DNA of 63,873 bases, filler included, from Octopus bimaculoides (GCF_001194135.2; 6 parts of 5 records of this genome joined end to end with filler, not necessarily neighbours in it), one strand, 5' to 3'; positions 1-13,376 are shown, counted from the first letter of the whole stretch. The notes: a model not told the origin generated them from the sequence alone. Numbers and translations are program-made.

Positions 1-199
1 CAGAAACATTGCACATTAAATGTCTTCTTCCAAAAATAAAATTCAAATAAAATTCAAATTAAAACAAAAGAAAAAAGAACTCAACGGAAATGATTAGAAG
101 GAACATTGCGCATGACATTTCCTACAAGTCCATTGCCGTCGTGATTACGTAATAAAGTCAAATGGAGGCATAATATAAGTTACAGTGCTTCAATATTTC

Positions 200-239
200 T
201 GTGTATGTGTGTGTGTGTGTATGTGTGTGTGTGTGTGTG

Positions 240-270
<31 letters not shown>

Positions 271-376
271 GTGTGTATCTGTGTGTGTGTGTGTGTGTGT
301 GTGTGTATAATACATATGTGTATTTGTATATAAATACTTTCATTTTTGTATGCATAGTTGCGTGCCTGCAGACATG

Positions 377-421
<45 letters not shown>

Positions 422-705
422 ATTTATGAATGCATATATGCATGTATATATATGTATGCATGTATATATATGTATGCATGTATATATATGTACGCATGTA
501 TATATATGTATGCATGTATGTATGTATGCATGTATGTATGTATGTATGTACGTGTGCATGTATGTATCTATGTATGTATCAATGTATGCATGTACATACA
601 TATATGAATATGTATATATATAAATCTGTATATATATATATATGTGTGTGTATATATGTATGTATGTATGTGTATATACGCCCACACACACACACATATA
701 TATAT
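200..705. repeat. Compound microsatellite (GT)n/(GTCT)n/(TA)n/(TATG)n
   Basis: Directly visible. Confidence 0.95.
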
Positions 706-915
706 CAGATTGGAGTTCGGACTGAGAACGTGTGGTGTGTTAGTCTTGAAGAGAGGCAAAATCAAATGTATGGACAGGGCTAACGATACCGTCAGGGGAT
801 GTTATGAAGCAGATATTAATTAAGTACCAGTAGATTACTAGGGTCGATGTGATCGACTTAACCCCTCCCCCACATTTTCGGGCCTTGTACTTCTAGTAGA
901 AAGGATTATCATTAA

Positions 916-1131
916 GGCGGCGAGCTGGCAGAATCGTTCGTACGCCGGGAGAAATGTCGCTAAGCATTTCGCCCGTCTTTATTACGTTCTGAGTTCAAAT
1001 TCTGCTGAGGTCAACTTGGTCTTTAATCCTTTCGGGGTCGATAAAATAAGTACCAGTTGAGTACTGGGGTTGGTGTAACCGAGTTACCTCCAGCCCCACT
1101 CAAAATTGCTGGCCCTGTACCAAAATTTGAA
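916..1131 (+). mobile_element. tRNA-derived SINE family B (Octopus OR2-like)
   Basis: GGCGGCGAGCTGGCAGAATCG...GAGTTCAAATTC...CCTTTCGGGGTCGATAAAATAAGTACCAG; repeated several times in the window. Confidence 0.82.
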
Positions 1132-2484
1132 ATAATTATCATTATTAAGGTAAGCGAGCAGGAATAATAGTTAAAATGTTGAACAGAATGCCTAGCGCGA
1201 TATTTCTTCCAATTCATAAAGCCCTAAGTTAAAATTCAACCCAGATCTACATTGCCTTTCATCCCACCAAGGTCGATGAAATAAAATACCAGCAAAGAAC
1301 TGAGGTCGTTGATATCAAAACTGCTTGCCTTGTGACAAAATTTGTTGCCGTCGTCTCTCCTCTCCCTCCCCACCTTCTTCTTCTTCTTCTTGACATTGCT
1401 CTTGTTTCTTGTACACGCCGTTCCGTGTACAAATCGTTGACAATTTTATAGGGTTGATTTGTCAATAAATTGAATTGTTTTGTGTGTATGTTATGTAAAC
1501 TTGTTTATAAAGCAAATAGAAATTATTTATTTTTATTGTTTCGAGTAAGAAGTATATTTTTAAAACGCATTTGATTCTACGTGTCTTGCGCGTACACAGT
1601 GTCAAAGTCTCCTCATAAAAGAAAAACCTTTTTATATTTCAAGAGACACCAAAGAAAAATAGAGACTGTGTGAACCAGTTTGAATAAACGTACTTTGCAG
1701 CTGGACATTCGTTTGGTAACAAGAAAATTAAAATAATAATGAATAGGTTTGGCTCCTCGCTTGGCAGAAGTAATAACAAAAACAACAGCAACGGTAGCAG
1801 TGACTCTCACAAGTATACTGCCGAAGCGAGATATTTGAAAATTCAAACAGTTGTGCAAAAATTAACTCACGCAATGAACTTCCGAATGTGATCAAAGTTC
1901 GGATCGAGAGGAAGTTGTGGCAGAAGTGTATAAGAGAATCATCAAGGATTCTATCTCTTTGACCGAGTAACAAGTTCAAGAGCGCGTCTAGGAAGTGTTA
2001 ACACATCTTTGCTTCGTGAAGTTTTCGAAAGGCTAACAAAAGGAAACTCTTGTTGATATATGGACTAGTAAAAGGCAATGCGAAGTGTGCTTACACATCG
2101 AGAAACATAAAGACTTCCGATTCCACAAAAGTGTCCGTTCTATTAGAAATCGCTGCTGTTCAATTCCATAAATACATATCTAAATAGAAAATGATGAAAC
2201 AAAACAGAATATGGTTTCTGAATCAGTACCGAATTCTAGAAATATCAGATACCTTGATATTCCTGAATTGTTAAAGACTGCATTGAGAAGAGAGAACGTC
2301 CTGTTGCATGAACCTTGTGTGGATAATCCTAATGCTTTTAAGCTTTGGTACAGAAAATAGTCTCCAAATTCGAACAATGTTAAAAAAGAGATAATATTAA
2401 AGAAAAACGTGTAAAATGCATAACGTATTAAACCTGCACAGAATCGTGTATCTATTAACTATGTCGAGTCAGGACCCGATACAA

Positions 2485-2690
2485 ATGCTCAGCAACCTTT
2501 TTTCAGTTGCGGTACACATATTCTTTTCAAAATTCGGTGGCACATCTCAACTAAAAGTATAACTAAAAGTATAGAGGAAAAAATTATATTCAGGTTACAT
2601 TGGGGCACTCCTAGCATGTCTTGTGGCTCACCAGTATGCCGCGGCATACCAGTTGCGGAACACTGCTCTATACGGCTTTTTCCGCTTATA
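2485..2690. mobile_element. hAT-type MITE
   Basis: Ends ...CAGCAACC and GTTGCGGAACACTG resemble CAGTG-type hAT termini. Confidence 0.55.
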
Positions 2691-3289
2691 GAAGTTGCAT
2701 ATATGTGTGTGATTGCCATATAAACAATTATAATCACGGAATCGAAAGAAAAGCAAACTGTTATTAACTCGGCAAAGAGTGCTTACGAGTCGAGATATAT
2801 AAAGATTTCTGATTCCACAAAACAGGCATGAGATGTCTTTAAGGATCTTGACTTGTAGTGAGAAACATACATTTTTTAACCCGTCTCCACTTCGATTTCT
2901 ATAAGTTCAGACACACATTATTTCATGCTAAATTACTACATATTCTCTAGTCGCTCAGAAATCAATGTTTCCACAACTAAGCGGAACAAGTGACATTCTA
3001 TGACCTAGAAAAGAGAAAGGCTTGATCTAAACATCAACACTGGAAATGACACGTGACTGAAGACACTGAGATCAAAGGAGATGTTTACTTGCAAGTTTTC
3101 TCTGTAGTTATGAAGGCCATTCAAAACATAAACAACCGGGACGAAGTCTTGTTGGTTTGCACTATGCAAGGTTGTAACAAAATATAATGTGAGTGGTGTA
3201 GTTTTTAAAGCCCATGTTTACCAACACCAACATAAGTTTCCATTGAATCAATACAACATACTGCAAATACAATAGTTTTAAAACAATAT

Positions 3290-3590
3290 AGGTGGCACCC
3301 TGTCGATTACGACGATGGAAATTCCAATTGCTCGTAAAATTAATGTGCAAATGGCTGAGCACTCCACAGTCACGTGTACTCTTAACGTAGTTCTCAGGGA
3401 AATTCAGCGTGACACAGAAAGTAACGAGGTTGGCCCTTTGAAATATAGGTACGACTCATTTTTGCTAGCTGAGTGGACTGGATGGAGCTATGCGAAATAA
3501 AGTGTCTTGCTCAAGGACACAACGCACGGCCGGGAATCAAACTTGCCACCTTACGATCGTGTTTATGGAATAGGAACCTTAACCCATTAA
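3290..3590 (-). mobile_element. SINE family C-related
   Basis: Shares the body ...TTAACGTAGTTCTC.GGGA.ATTCAGCGTGACACAG... with the other copies. Confidence 0.72.
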
Positions 3591-3621
3591 CATTCAGATT
3601 ATTCTGTTAAATTTAATGCTT

Positions 3622-4200
3622 ACGAGAGGGTACCCAAAAGTAACCGGAAACGTTCTCTGTGAGACGAGTCAGCTGTAGTTTAGCCTTCCGTCTAAATTAC
3701 GCAGATATATTTACCAAAGTTGCATAAAAAATATCTTGAAATACTAAAGAGTAAATTTATTCAATAAAACCGCCATTGACTTCAACCACAGCCCCCAGGT
3801 GACTTCGGAATCTCCTGCAACTCTTCTAGACAGTCTCCTTGTTTGAGTTGGTGAATGTTGATATGATCCTTACTTTCAGTTCATCTTTGGTATTACAAGG
3901 AGTTTTGTTGGTCTCTTGTTCAACTGTGCCATACACATAATAATCAAGGGGTTACAGTCTGGGGAGCTAGGTGGCCAGATGTTAGGACTGATGTGGTCAC
4001 GCAGAAATTGTCTGACAGCCATGACTGAACCCGAAACCACAGAAAACGGAGATGCATTAGTTTTCATACTGCTGTGTGATTGTGTTCGAAGTCTATTTAC
4101 GTGGATTCCTTTTACGTCAGTTTTCATTGTGTAATCCTTGTTAATCATGTTCTTTTTACGTCATTACCTAGACATGTAACTATTTGCGGGTTCAGATATC
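3622..4200 (-). mobile_element. Tc1/mariner-family relic (catalytic C-terminal part)
   Basis: Minus ORF 3876..4148 contains IWPPSSPDCNPL (WPxxSPDxNP motif); TA plus end-like CGAGAGGGTACCCAAAAGTAACCGG at 3622. Confidence 0.75.
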
Positions 4201-5797
4201 TAACTAGGTTTCAACATTACAGAAATAATTCGATATGAATGTAATCAATATCTTCGTAAAATAAATTTGCTTCGTGTTTATTTTTTTCCTTTTTTCTTTC
4301 AAATATTTTCGATGTGCAGAGGAAAGAAAACAGAAGTTTGGAAACTAAAGACGGTCATTTTTATACACCACCTATTGTTACAGTTGAGAAAGTGTGACTT
4401 CTTCTACTCCTGCTAGTTTATCACTCTCATCAATCATTAGAGTGTTAAACACTTTCGGTATGCAAATTAGGAACTCCTTCATAGAGTAACTGCTGCATTT
4501 GTTGAGTATATAAATAGTTTGGCTACACGCTTTGATGACAGTTCAATAAGGTTTGAAAATCGATTAAGTTTGTTCACAAATTTTGTTTTTCAGTCTGCGG
4601 AGAATTGGCTTGAATTTGCCCTGTTTATAATTGTACCATATGTTACGTATATATACAAACATATATACTCGCAAACACGTACACACACGCGCGCGCGCAT
4701 ATATAAGGTCAACGTTATAAAGCCAAGCAGGCACAGATCTTGCAGCGGAGTAGTTTCTTCTGGTAATTAAATCATTAGTCAACGGCTGCCATTGTTATTT
4801 TTCCTCCCTCTGGCTCTCTTATTTTACTTCAAGGCCGTTATGCACTGCTCCGTGCACTGAATAACCATACCCTAATGGAGCTGTTTATTAGAAATAATAA
4901 GTATATATCAGGAAGTTATATTTATATGTATTTAATCGGACTTTGAAATGAGACATCAATATAACGCGTGAAGATTCTTTTCCCACGTCTTTCAAAACTG
5001 CCGAACTTTAGTCGTCATGAGCGGCATTGTACAATGGACTTATATAATGTCGTGAGACTGCCGCTGAGATTATTAATTACTGTGGTGCCAATATAGCGGG
5101 AGTTATCAATAAATAATAACTAGCGCGAGGAACGTAATTTTTGGCACACAATGAGTTCGAACTTTCGACGTCAAGCTTACTTACCAAACATAAGTATTAG
5201 GCTTACAAAGAATAAGTCCTGTAGTCAAACAAGCGGACCCCAGGACTTAAATGCAAAATTATATATTTACATATGTTTTGTAATTTTAATCTTGTTTGTA
5301 AAATGAAAAAATTGTTGGTCAGTTTGATGATTAATTAATAAATCAATTCGTATCTATTACATCTCTCTGTTTTCTAACACTCCCNNNNNNNNNNNNNNNN
5401 NNNNNNNNNNNNNNNNNNNNNNNNNNNNNNNNNNNNNNNNNNNNNNNNNNNNNNNNNNNNNNCAGCGATATTGCTTGAAATGAGGGCTAACTCCCTAGTA
5501 ATATTTAGTGACAAATAGTTTACCTTTTTGGTAAAACATTGCACACTGCTGTCTATATTAATTGTGTGTGTGTGTTCGTGTGTGTGTGTGTGTGTGTATG
5601 TGTGTGTGTGTGTGTGTTCGTGTGTGTGTGTGTGTGTGTATGTTACTGCAAACAGTTTGACAAGTACCAACGCAGAAACTCTCGAAACTTGAGTCACTTT
5701 GATACTTCTGCTCAATATCAATAAAATAGACACACACACACACAAACGTGGGACTCCTATAGAGTTACTGTTTACAAAATTCACTCACTGAGGATTA

Positions 5798-7080
5798 ATG
5801 AAAACAGATCAACATCCGAGGTATACCTCACTTGTAATTCTGGCTTTATTATTACTTGTACAGTTACCACCTTGTCACTGATAATTGCATGCATATAGGT
5901 TGCATTCTCTAGTCGTAAAGACTACCAAGAGCGCTTATGAAGAATATGGCTGCTCGGTCGGTAATCTAAAGTACATTAACTCTGCAAGGTAGGTCTGTGA
6001 TACAGCAAAAAGAATATATACTGTTCAGTATCTATGCGTTGAATAAAATTTATCTTTCTACTTGTTCTATATATATAAGGGGTAAAAATTATCCGTTATA
6101 TTACCGGTATAATTACCTATGTTAACCCTGGACATACACATGTAAGCATATTATGCTCATAGATTACAGGTAAGGACAAAGATAAACAAGAGTTTATCAG
6201 GAATCAAATTTAAAGTAAACAGAAAATGGAGAAATATTGATCAACAATAATTGACTAACATCGATTATTTAAAAAATAAATAAATGAATAAAAAATAACA
6301 ATTGATGCAAGTCAATTGTTGTTGATCAATATTTCTCCATTTTCTGTTTACTTTGTGCGTGTGTGTGTGTGTAGGTATGTTAGTGCAAATAATTTCATAA
6401 GTGCCAACGCACGAAACTCTCGGACCTTGAGTCAATCTGTTACTTCTGATCAATATTGATAAAATACACACACACACACACACAAACACGAGGGGCTCCT
6501 CACTCACTCAGCATTGTCCCTGGGTTATTGTAGAAGATGCTGCGACAAGGGGCTGAACCCGGAACTTAGCTGTTAGATTTAGGAAAACATTTGTCTGAAT
6601 CGAAATTTTAAACCACCGTCATACCTGGACTCTCATTTCCTTTCATATTTAGATGTTCCTATGCATGACATTGCATAAAATACACGCATGAATATGCGGA
6701 GTGCTGCCTTTGTGTACGAATACGTTCGCTTTTGCTTTCTTGCTATTGTTACGAAAGAACGATTGGAAAGAAATGAAATAAAAATCATATATATATATAT
6801 ATAAGTAAAATTAAATTCTTGATGAGAAAATAAAAGAAATATTATTGTTTAGAACTTAATGAAAACAGATCAACATTCGAGATATACCTCACTTGTAATT
6901 CTGGTTTTATCATTACTTGCACCGTCACCACCCCATCACTGACAATTGCATACATATAGGTAGCATTCTCTAGTCGTAATGACTACCAAGAGTACTTATG
7001 AAGAATATGGTAGCTCGGTCACTGATTTAAAAGACATTAACCCCGCACAGTGGGCTATGATACAGCCAAAAGAATATCGT
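5798..7080. repeat. Direct duplication of a ~220-bp unique segment (5798-6020 and 6859-7080), each preceded by a related repeat fragment
   Basis: Colinear alignment starting ATGAAAACAGATCAACAT in both copies. Confidence 0.85.
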
Positions 7081-7361
7081 GAGATATTTATAGTGCGACC
7101 GTTTTGTGTCTTATATCAACAGCTTCAATGTAAACTTTTTACAGCTGTTGTACTAAATTAACGTAGCCAGCAAGAGGGACCTGAAGAAGAAGAGTTGCGT
7201 TCCTGAACACTTAAAACTGATGGGGGCTAACAAGAGCTTTACCTCCCTAGACAACAATGAGCGGCCGATATTAGTATTACTATTATTACAAAATAAGTAC
7301 TACCGTTTCTGCGGTCTCTCAAGTTGATTATGACTCTATCCTCGACGTATATCTATTTTTA

Positions 7362-7575
7362 ATCTTTTACTTGTTTCAGTTATTTGACTGCAGCCATGCT
7401 GGAGCACCAGCTTGAAGGGGTTTTAGTCGAACAAATCGACCCCAGGACTTATATTTTTCAAGCCTTGTGCTTATTTTGTCGGTCAATTTTGCCGAACCGC
7501 TAAATTACGTAAACACACCAATAACGGTTATCAAGCGATGATGGAGAGGAACAAGAACACAGGCACAAAAACAGA
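7362..7575 (-). mobile_element. SINE family A tail
   Basis: Matches the tail of the other copies; runs into an N gap. Confidence 0.7.
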
Positions 7576-8169
7576 CTCATATATATATATATATATATAT
7601 ANNNNNNNNNNNNNNNNNNNNNNNNNNNNNNNNNNNNNNNNNNNNNNNNNNNNNNNNNNNNNNNNNNNNNNNNNNNNNNNNNNNNNNNNNNNNNNNNNNN
7701 NNNNNNNNNNNNNNNNNNNNNNNNNNNNNNNNNNNNNNNNNNNNNNNNNNNNNNNNNNNNNNNNNNNNNNNNNNNNNNNNNNNNNNNNNNNNNNNNNNNN
7801 NNNNNNNNNNNNNNNNNNNNNNNNNNNNNNNNNNNNNNNNNNNNNNNNNNNNNNNNNNNNNNNNNNNNNNNNNNNNNNNNNNNNNNNNNNNNNNNNNNNN
7901 NNNNNNNNNNNNNNNNNNNNNNNNNNNNNNNNNNNNNNNNNNNNNNNNNNNNNNNNNNNNNNNNNNNNNNNNNNNNNNNNNNNNNNNNNNNNNNNNNNNN
8001 NNNNNNNNNNNNNNNNNNNNNNNNNNNNNNNNNNNNNNNNNNNNNNNNTTGTTTGGACCTAAGTATGGTTATGCTTTGAAAATGTGCTTTATAATTTTTA
8101 TAACATTCCGCGTGTAACATTAACTTAAGGAGATAGAGGGGGTGAGAGGGAGAGCTAGAGGAGAGACAG

Positions 8170-8365
8170 CGAGTGAATGAGTGAGTGAGTGAGTGAGTGT
8201 GTGAGTGAGCGAGCGAGCGAGTGAATGAGTGAACAAATGAGTGAGTGCGTTTGTGAGTGAGCGAGTGAGTGAGTGAGTGAGCGAGCGAGTGAATGAGTGA
8301 ACGAATGAGTGTGTTTGTGTGTGAGTGAGCGAGTGAGTGAGCGAGTGAGTGAGTGAGTGAGTGAA
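8170..8365. repeat. (GAGT)n/(GAGC)n microsatellite
   Basis: Directly visible. Confidence 0.95.
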
Positions 8366-9819
8366 GAATAAAAGAATATCGTACAGTACTGTTTCATCTT
8401 CTCGGATTTTCACCTATCGCTGTGGGGAGGGTGGGGTTGGAACGTAACACTCGCAATAGTCGAGGGATTACGGTATATATGCATTCAGTGACAAAGTTGG
8501 AATAACAGGATGAAAAGAGAGAATGTGGAAGGCGTTCATTGAAACAGATGCAAATATGTTTCTAATAATAATAAAACACATGCGCAAAGATTTTTTAATC
8601 AAATCTGCTTAGAATTACTTATCTTCGTAAAAGAACTTTCTCCTTTTTTCCCCGCTCCTTTCATTTATTAATTTTCTTCCGCCTACGAAACATTTGAAGA
8701 CTTCAGTCATGGTCGACTATGATTCTATTCGTATAAGTGTTGAAGTGAACCAGAGTCAGGATACTTACATGCAAGTATTCTTGTACTTGCATGTAAGCAT
8801 GTAAGTATTCTCACACTCTACACTACCGATATTTATCCTGGAGAAAGTCCGCCGATGTGGGCCGCCAACTGCTCCACATATGTGACGCTACTAGTGACAA
8901 CAGAGCTTCTCTGGATGCGTTTAGCGTAAAATTTGTTCATACATATACATACACTACACTACTGATCAGGAAATCTGGGACTATGAAAATCTGTAATATC
9001 GTTTAAGATTTAACTGATGGACAAAACAAGATGCTTTCCTTCACAAACTTGCAACTAAGCAGGTAGCAGGTCAAAATTTCTTTTACAATGAAAAGAGAAA
9101 TAGAACGAGCATACATACATACATACAAAAATACCAAGTTGTTAATGTTGAAATTCCAATTAAGGAGCCTCTTGGATCTAGGTTAGAAACCGGTTCTTTC
9201 TCTATTGACAAGAAATCTTGAAATAAACTGAATAATGACATATATACATACGTACGTACGTACATACATACATACATACATACATACATACGAATAAACT
9301 GGGATTTTCAGAAAGAGAAATCGACCGGCTAATTTGAACATTACCAGTGCAATCTGTAAGTGGAACAGTAAAAATATGCAAGACTTTTCTCAAGTTTCAA
9401 ATGTGAATTTCTCAGTGTTAACTACATCCCAAAGACGAAGCCTTGTATCTTTATTCACAAAACAAGTATATTGACTTCGAACAGTTATATACATCCGTAA
9501 TGAAGTCTTGGGGAAAATTTCAAATTTGAATCCATTTTATCTCGGAAAATTTTTATAAAGAAATTTTATTTTTAGGTTCTATATTTGCATTTCTTTTATT
9601 CATTATAATTTATTTTGTCCTTGGGTAACAAATGTTATTTCGTATTTGCTTAACCCATGAAAATATGAAAACTGGCTAATATTTCTTTCAGACTTTGCTT
9701 TTGTTGCATTCATTTAGACTCCAAAGAATCCTTTTCAACACATGGCTATGATGTTCCCCCACTACTTCTACTCATGATCAGAGATGCACATATTGTCAGC
9801 TAGAGTGGGGCGGAGAAGC

Positions 9820-9965
9820 GCTCCGTCCCGAGCGGCACTTTTATGAGGGTCGGCACCAATTTTGGGTCTGCTGTAGGCAATATGTATTTTTTTGTTGGCG
9901 CCCGGGGGCAACAAAATGAAGGGCTACCCCGGGCGTCACACAGTCTCGCTACGCTAGTGCCCGTC
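9820..9965. mobile_element. GC-rich MITE-like repeat (second copy at 17575-17710)
   Basis: Shared GCTGTAGGCAATATGT...GGGCGTCACACA.TCT.GCTAC...AGTG between the two loci. Confidence 0.55.
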
Positions 9966-10334
9966 GCATATATATATATATATATANNNNNNNNNNNNNN
10001 NNNNNNNNNNNNNNNNNNNNNNNNNNNNNNNNNNNNNNNNNNNNNNNNNNNNNNNNNNNNNNNNNNNNNNNNNNNNNNNNNNNNNNNNNNNNNNNNNNNN
10101 NNNNNNNNNNNNNNNNNNNNNNNNNNNNNNNNNNNNNNNNNNNNNNNNNNNNNNNNNNNNNNNNNNNNNNNNNNNNNNNNNNNNNNNNNNNNNNNNNNNN
10201 NNNNNNNNNNNNNNNNNNNNNNNNNNNNNNNNNNNNNNNNNNNNNNNNNNNNNNNGGAGAAAACAAGGAGAAAAACACGGAGAAAAAAAATTGAATGGTT
10301 TGGTCAGTGATCTATCATGGCGTCATTCTTTTCT

Positions 10335-10541
10335 ACTTTAGGCACAAGGCATGAAATTTTGGAGGAGTGAGCCAGTCGATTAGATCGATCCCAATATGCA
10401 ACTGGTACTTAATTTATCGACCCCGAAAGGATGAAAGACAAAGTCGACCTCAGCAGAATTTGAACTCAGAGCATAAAGACAGACGAAACACCGCTAAGCA
10501 TTTCACCCGGCGTGCTAACGTTTCTGCCAGCTCGCCGCCTT
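10335..10541 (-). mobile_element. SINE family B
   Basis: Reverse complement of the 916 copy. Confidence 0.8.
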
Positions 10542-10892
10542 GTTGACACTATGTATTACTGCTCTGGATGACACCAAGACTAGCAACATTGTCATACTAA
10601 AACACACTCACTTACGCATCACCACCACCACCACCATTACTGTCGCCACCGCTGCCGCTACTACCACCTTCATTACTTCCAAAATCACACTCACCCAACA
10701 TGTTTAGTCCTCCCCCACCACTCACTATCTCTACCACAACCGCAACCGCATTGACCACAATAACTGCTCTTACGACTAAACGTTGACTAAAACTCGCATG
10801 TCTATTTTTAAAACTTTGAACCTGAATGTGAAAGACGTGGAACCTTTTAATAAAGACCTTCCATAACATTTAAACATCGCTGCTCTTTCTCA

Positions 10893-11330
10893 ATAACAAC
10901 AATCACTTGATTACAAGTTAATGTGGTTTAGATGGTTTGAATAATCAACGAGAGAGTTTTCTACCTGCGTCGTTTTTCCGAGTAAAAATAACAGCTAAAT
11001 CTCTTCCAAATCATCTTAAGAAAGTCTTTTCTTCCTCAGACTTCATAACGCACTCTTATAATAATCCCTTGATTACAAATTACGTTGTTTAAATAATTTA
11101 ATTAGTCAACGGGGGAGCTTGTGCTTGGTCGTTTGTCCTGGCAAAAATCTCTTCCAAAACATCTTAAGAGAATCTTTTCTTCGTCAAACCTCAAACTTCA
11201 CTGCACACACTTCATAATAACAATCACTTGATTACAAGTTACGTTGTTTAAATAATTCAGTTAGTCAACGAGTCATTGCCTGATCTGTTGTCCTACTAGA
11301 TATAACAGCCAAATGTCCCTGAAATCGTAC
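10893..11330. repeat. Diverged ~160-bp tandem repeat, about 2.5-3 units
   Basis: Recurring AATC.CTTGATTACAA.TTA (about 10898, 11063, 11222) and AAATCTCTTCCAAA.CATCTTAAGA. Confidence 0.7.
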
Positions 11331-13317
11331 ATTCTCTTAATTTCTAACATTCTCAGTAATTTCTAACATAGGCACACTGCTAATAATTTTGAGGGGAGGG
11401 TTTTGTCTATTAAATCGACCCCACTACTTGACGGGTATTTTATTTAAGTGACGGGTATTTTATTTAAGTGACCCCCCCCCCCCCACCGGTACGGCAAAAA
11501 GTACCCGATAGAATAAGTATTAGAATTACAAAGAATAAGTTCTGGGGTCGATTTGTTCGAACAAAAGGTGGTGCTCCAGCATGGCCGCAGTCAAATGACA
11601 GAAACAAATACAAATAGTAAATGCTAACGCATTTTGTCCGAAACTCTTACAATACTAAAGTTGACCTCGGCGGAATTTGAACTCAGAACGTAAAGACAGA
11701 CGAAGTACCGCTAAGCATTATTTCGTCCGGCGTGCTGACGATTCTGCCAGCACGCCGTACTTTTCTTTGTTAAATATTGTCCCTAACTTAGGCACAAGAC
11801 TTTAAAATTGGAGAAACGGATTATTAACCGTTTACAGCACTGCAGTGTTTCACTGGTAGCAGAACAAGTAGTCCTAACCACTGCTCCAGAAAATTGCAAT
11901 AAAGCAACGTTTCAAAAGAATTGAAAATGAGAACACTTAAAGGAGTGATCTTAACAGGCTTTTATGCCACAACCACGCTAAGTAAACAAAGAAAAGATTG
12001 TTTAATACAAACGTGTTGATGCGTGACTGACATTAAAAGTTAAAATCTCATAATTATGTGTAGTACCACATATGGTTTGGTGAAATGCAATTTGAGGGAG
12101 TGTCACTCGTAAAGCCAATTGCATATGAAATGCACGAGCAGTTTGACAAAGACATGGATATTAACGTGTCTTGCGTTTCGATTGTTGGGTAGTTTAGAGG
12201 CCATTTCTGTTGTACCTGTATGTCGAAGGGCCAGCCTTGTCACACTCTGTGTCACGCTGAATCTCCCCGAGAACTACGTTAAGGGTACACGTGTCAGTGG
12301 AGTGCTCAGCCACTTGCACGTTAATTTTCCGAGCAGGCTGTCCTCGTCGTCGTAATCGACGGAGTGCCACGNNNNNNNNNNNNNNNNNNNNNNNNNNNNN
12401 NNNNNNNNNNNNNNNNNNNNNNNNNNNNNNNNNNNNNNNNNNNNNNNNNNNNNNNNNNNNNNNNNNNNNNNNNNNNNNNNNNNNNNNNNNNNNNNNNNNN
12501 NNNNNNNNNNNNNNNNNNNNNNNNNNNNNNNNNNNNNNNNNNNNNNNNNNNNNNNNNNNNNNNNNNNNNNNNNNNNNNNNNNNNNNNNNNNNNNNNNNNN
12601 NNNNNNNNNNNNNNNNNNNNNNNNNNNNNNNNNNNNNNNNNNNNNNNNNNNNNNNNNNNNNNNNNNNNNNNNNNNNNNNNNNNNNNNNNNNNNNNNNNNN
12701 NNNNNNNNNNNNNNNNNNNNNNNNNNNNNNNNNNNNNNNNNNNNNNNNNNNNNNNNNNNNNNNNNNNNNNNNNNNNNNNNNNNNNNNNNNNNNNNNNNNN
12801 NNNNNNNNNNNNNNNNNNNNNNNNNNNNNNNNNNNNNNNNNNNNNNNNNNNNNNNNNNNNNNNNNNNNNNNNNNNNNNNNNNNNNNNNNNNNNNNNNNNN
12901 NNNNNNNNNNNNNNNNNNNNNNNNNNNNNNNNNNNNNNNNNNNNNNNNNNNNNNNNNNNNNNNNNNNNNNNNNNNNNNNNNNNNNNNNNNNNNNNNNNNN
13001 NNNNNNNNNNNNNNNNNNNNNNNNNNNNNNNNNNNNNNNNNNNNNNNNNNNNNNNNNNNNNNNNNNNNNNNNNNNNNNNNNNNNNNNNNNNNNNNNNNNN
13101 NNNNNNNNNNNNNNNNNNNNNNNNNNNNNNNNNNNNNNNNNNNNNNNNNNNNNNNNNNNNNNNNNNNNNNNNNNNNNNNNNNNNNNNNNNNNNNNNNNNN
13201 NNNNNNNNNNNNNNNNNNNCATGGTTTTTATTCTATCGGTTTTTTTTTCGCTGAACTGCTAATTTACAAAGACGTAAACACTCTAACAACGGCTGTCAAA
13301 CAATGGTGAGAGATAAC

Positions 13318-13325
13318 ACACACAC

Positions 13326-13376
<51 letters not shown>

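Noticed and set aside
158-783. Long ORFs rich in Y/I/H/T/C/V/M (and similar ones at 8.1, 13.3, 18, 29, 37.5 and 60 kb)
   Set aside because: Translations of (CA)n/(TA)n/(GATA)n microsatellites, which lack stop codons in some frames; not genes.
2787-2851. Resemblance of SHACFVESEIF to the RGS-domain end (SYPRFLKSEIY)
   Set aside because: Only about 11 residues and no other RGS helices nearby; chance similarity is likely.
6979-7161. GSSVTDLKDINPAQ resembling the fumarase-family signature GSSxMPxKxN
   Set aside because: Key M/P residues are absent and the spacing differs; the flanks do not match.
8764-8797. 14-bp-arm hairpin CTTACATGCAAGTA/TACTTGCATGTAAG
   Set aside because: Too short for a miRNA precursor and consistent with a small local inverted duplication.
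12194-13262. Longest ORFs in the track (296-342 aa) and other X-filled ORFs
   Set aside because: They simply read through N gaps.
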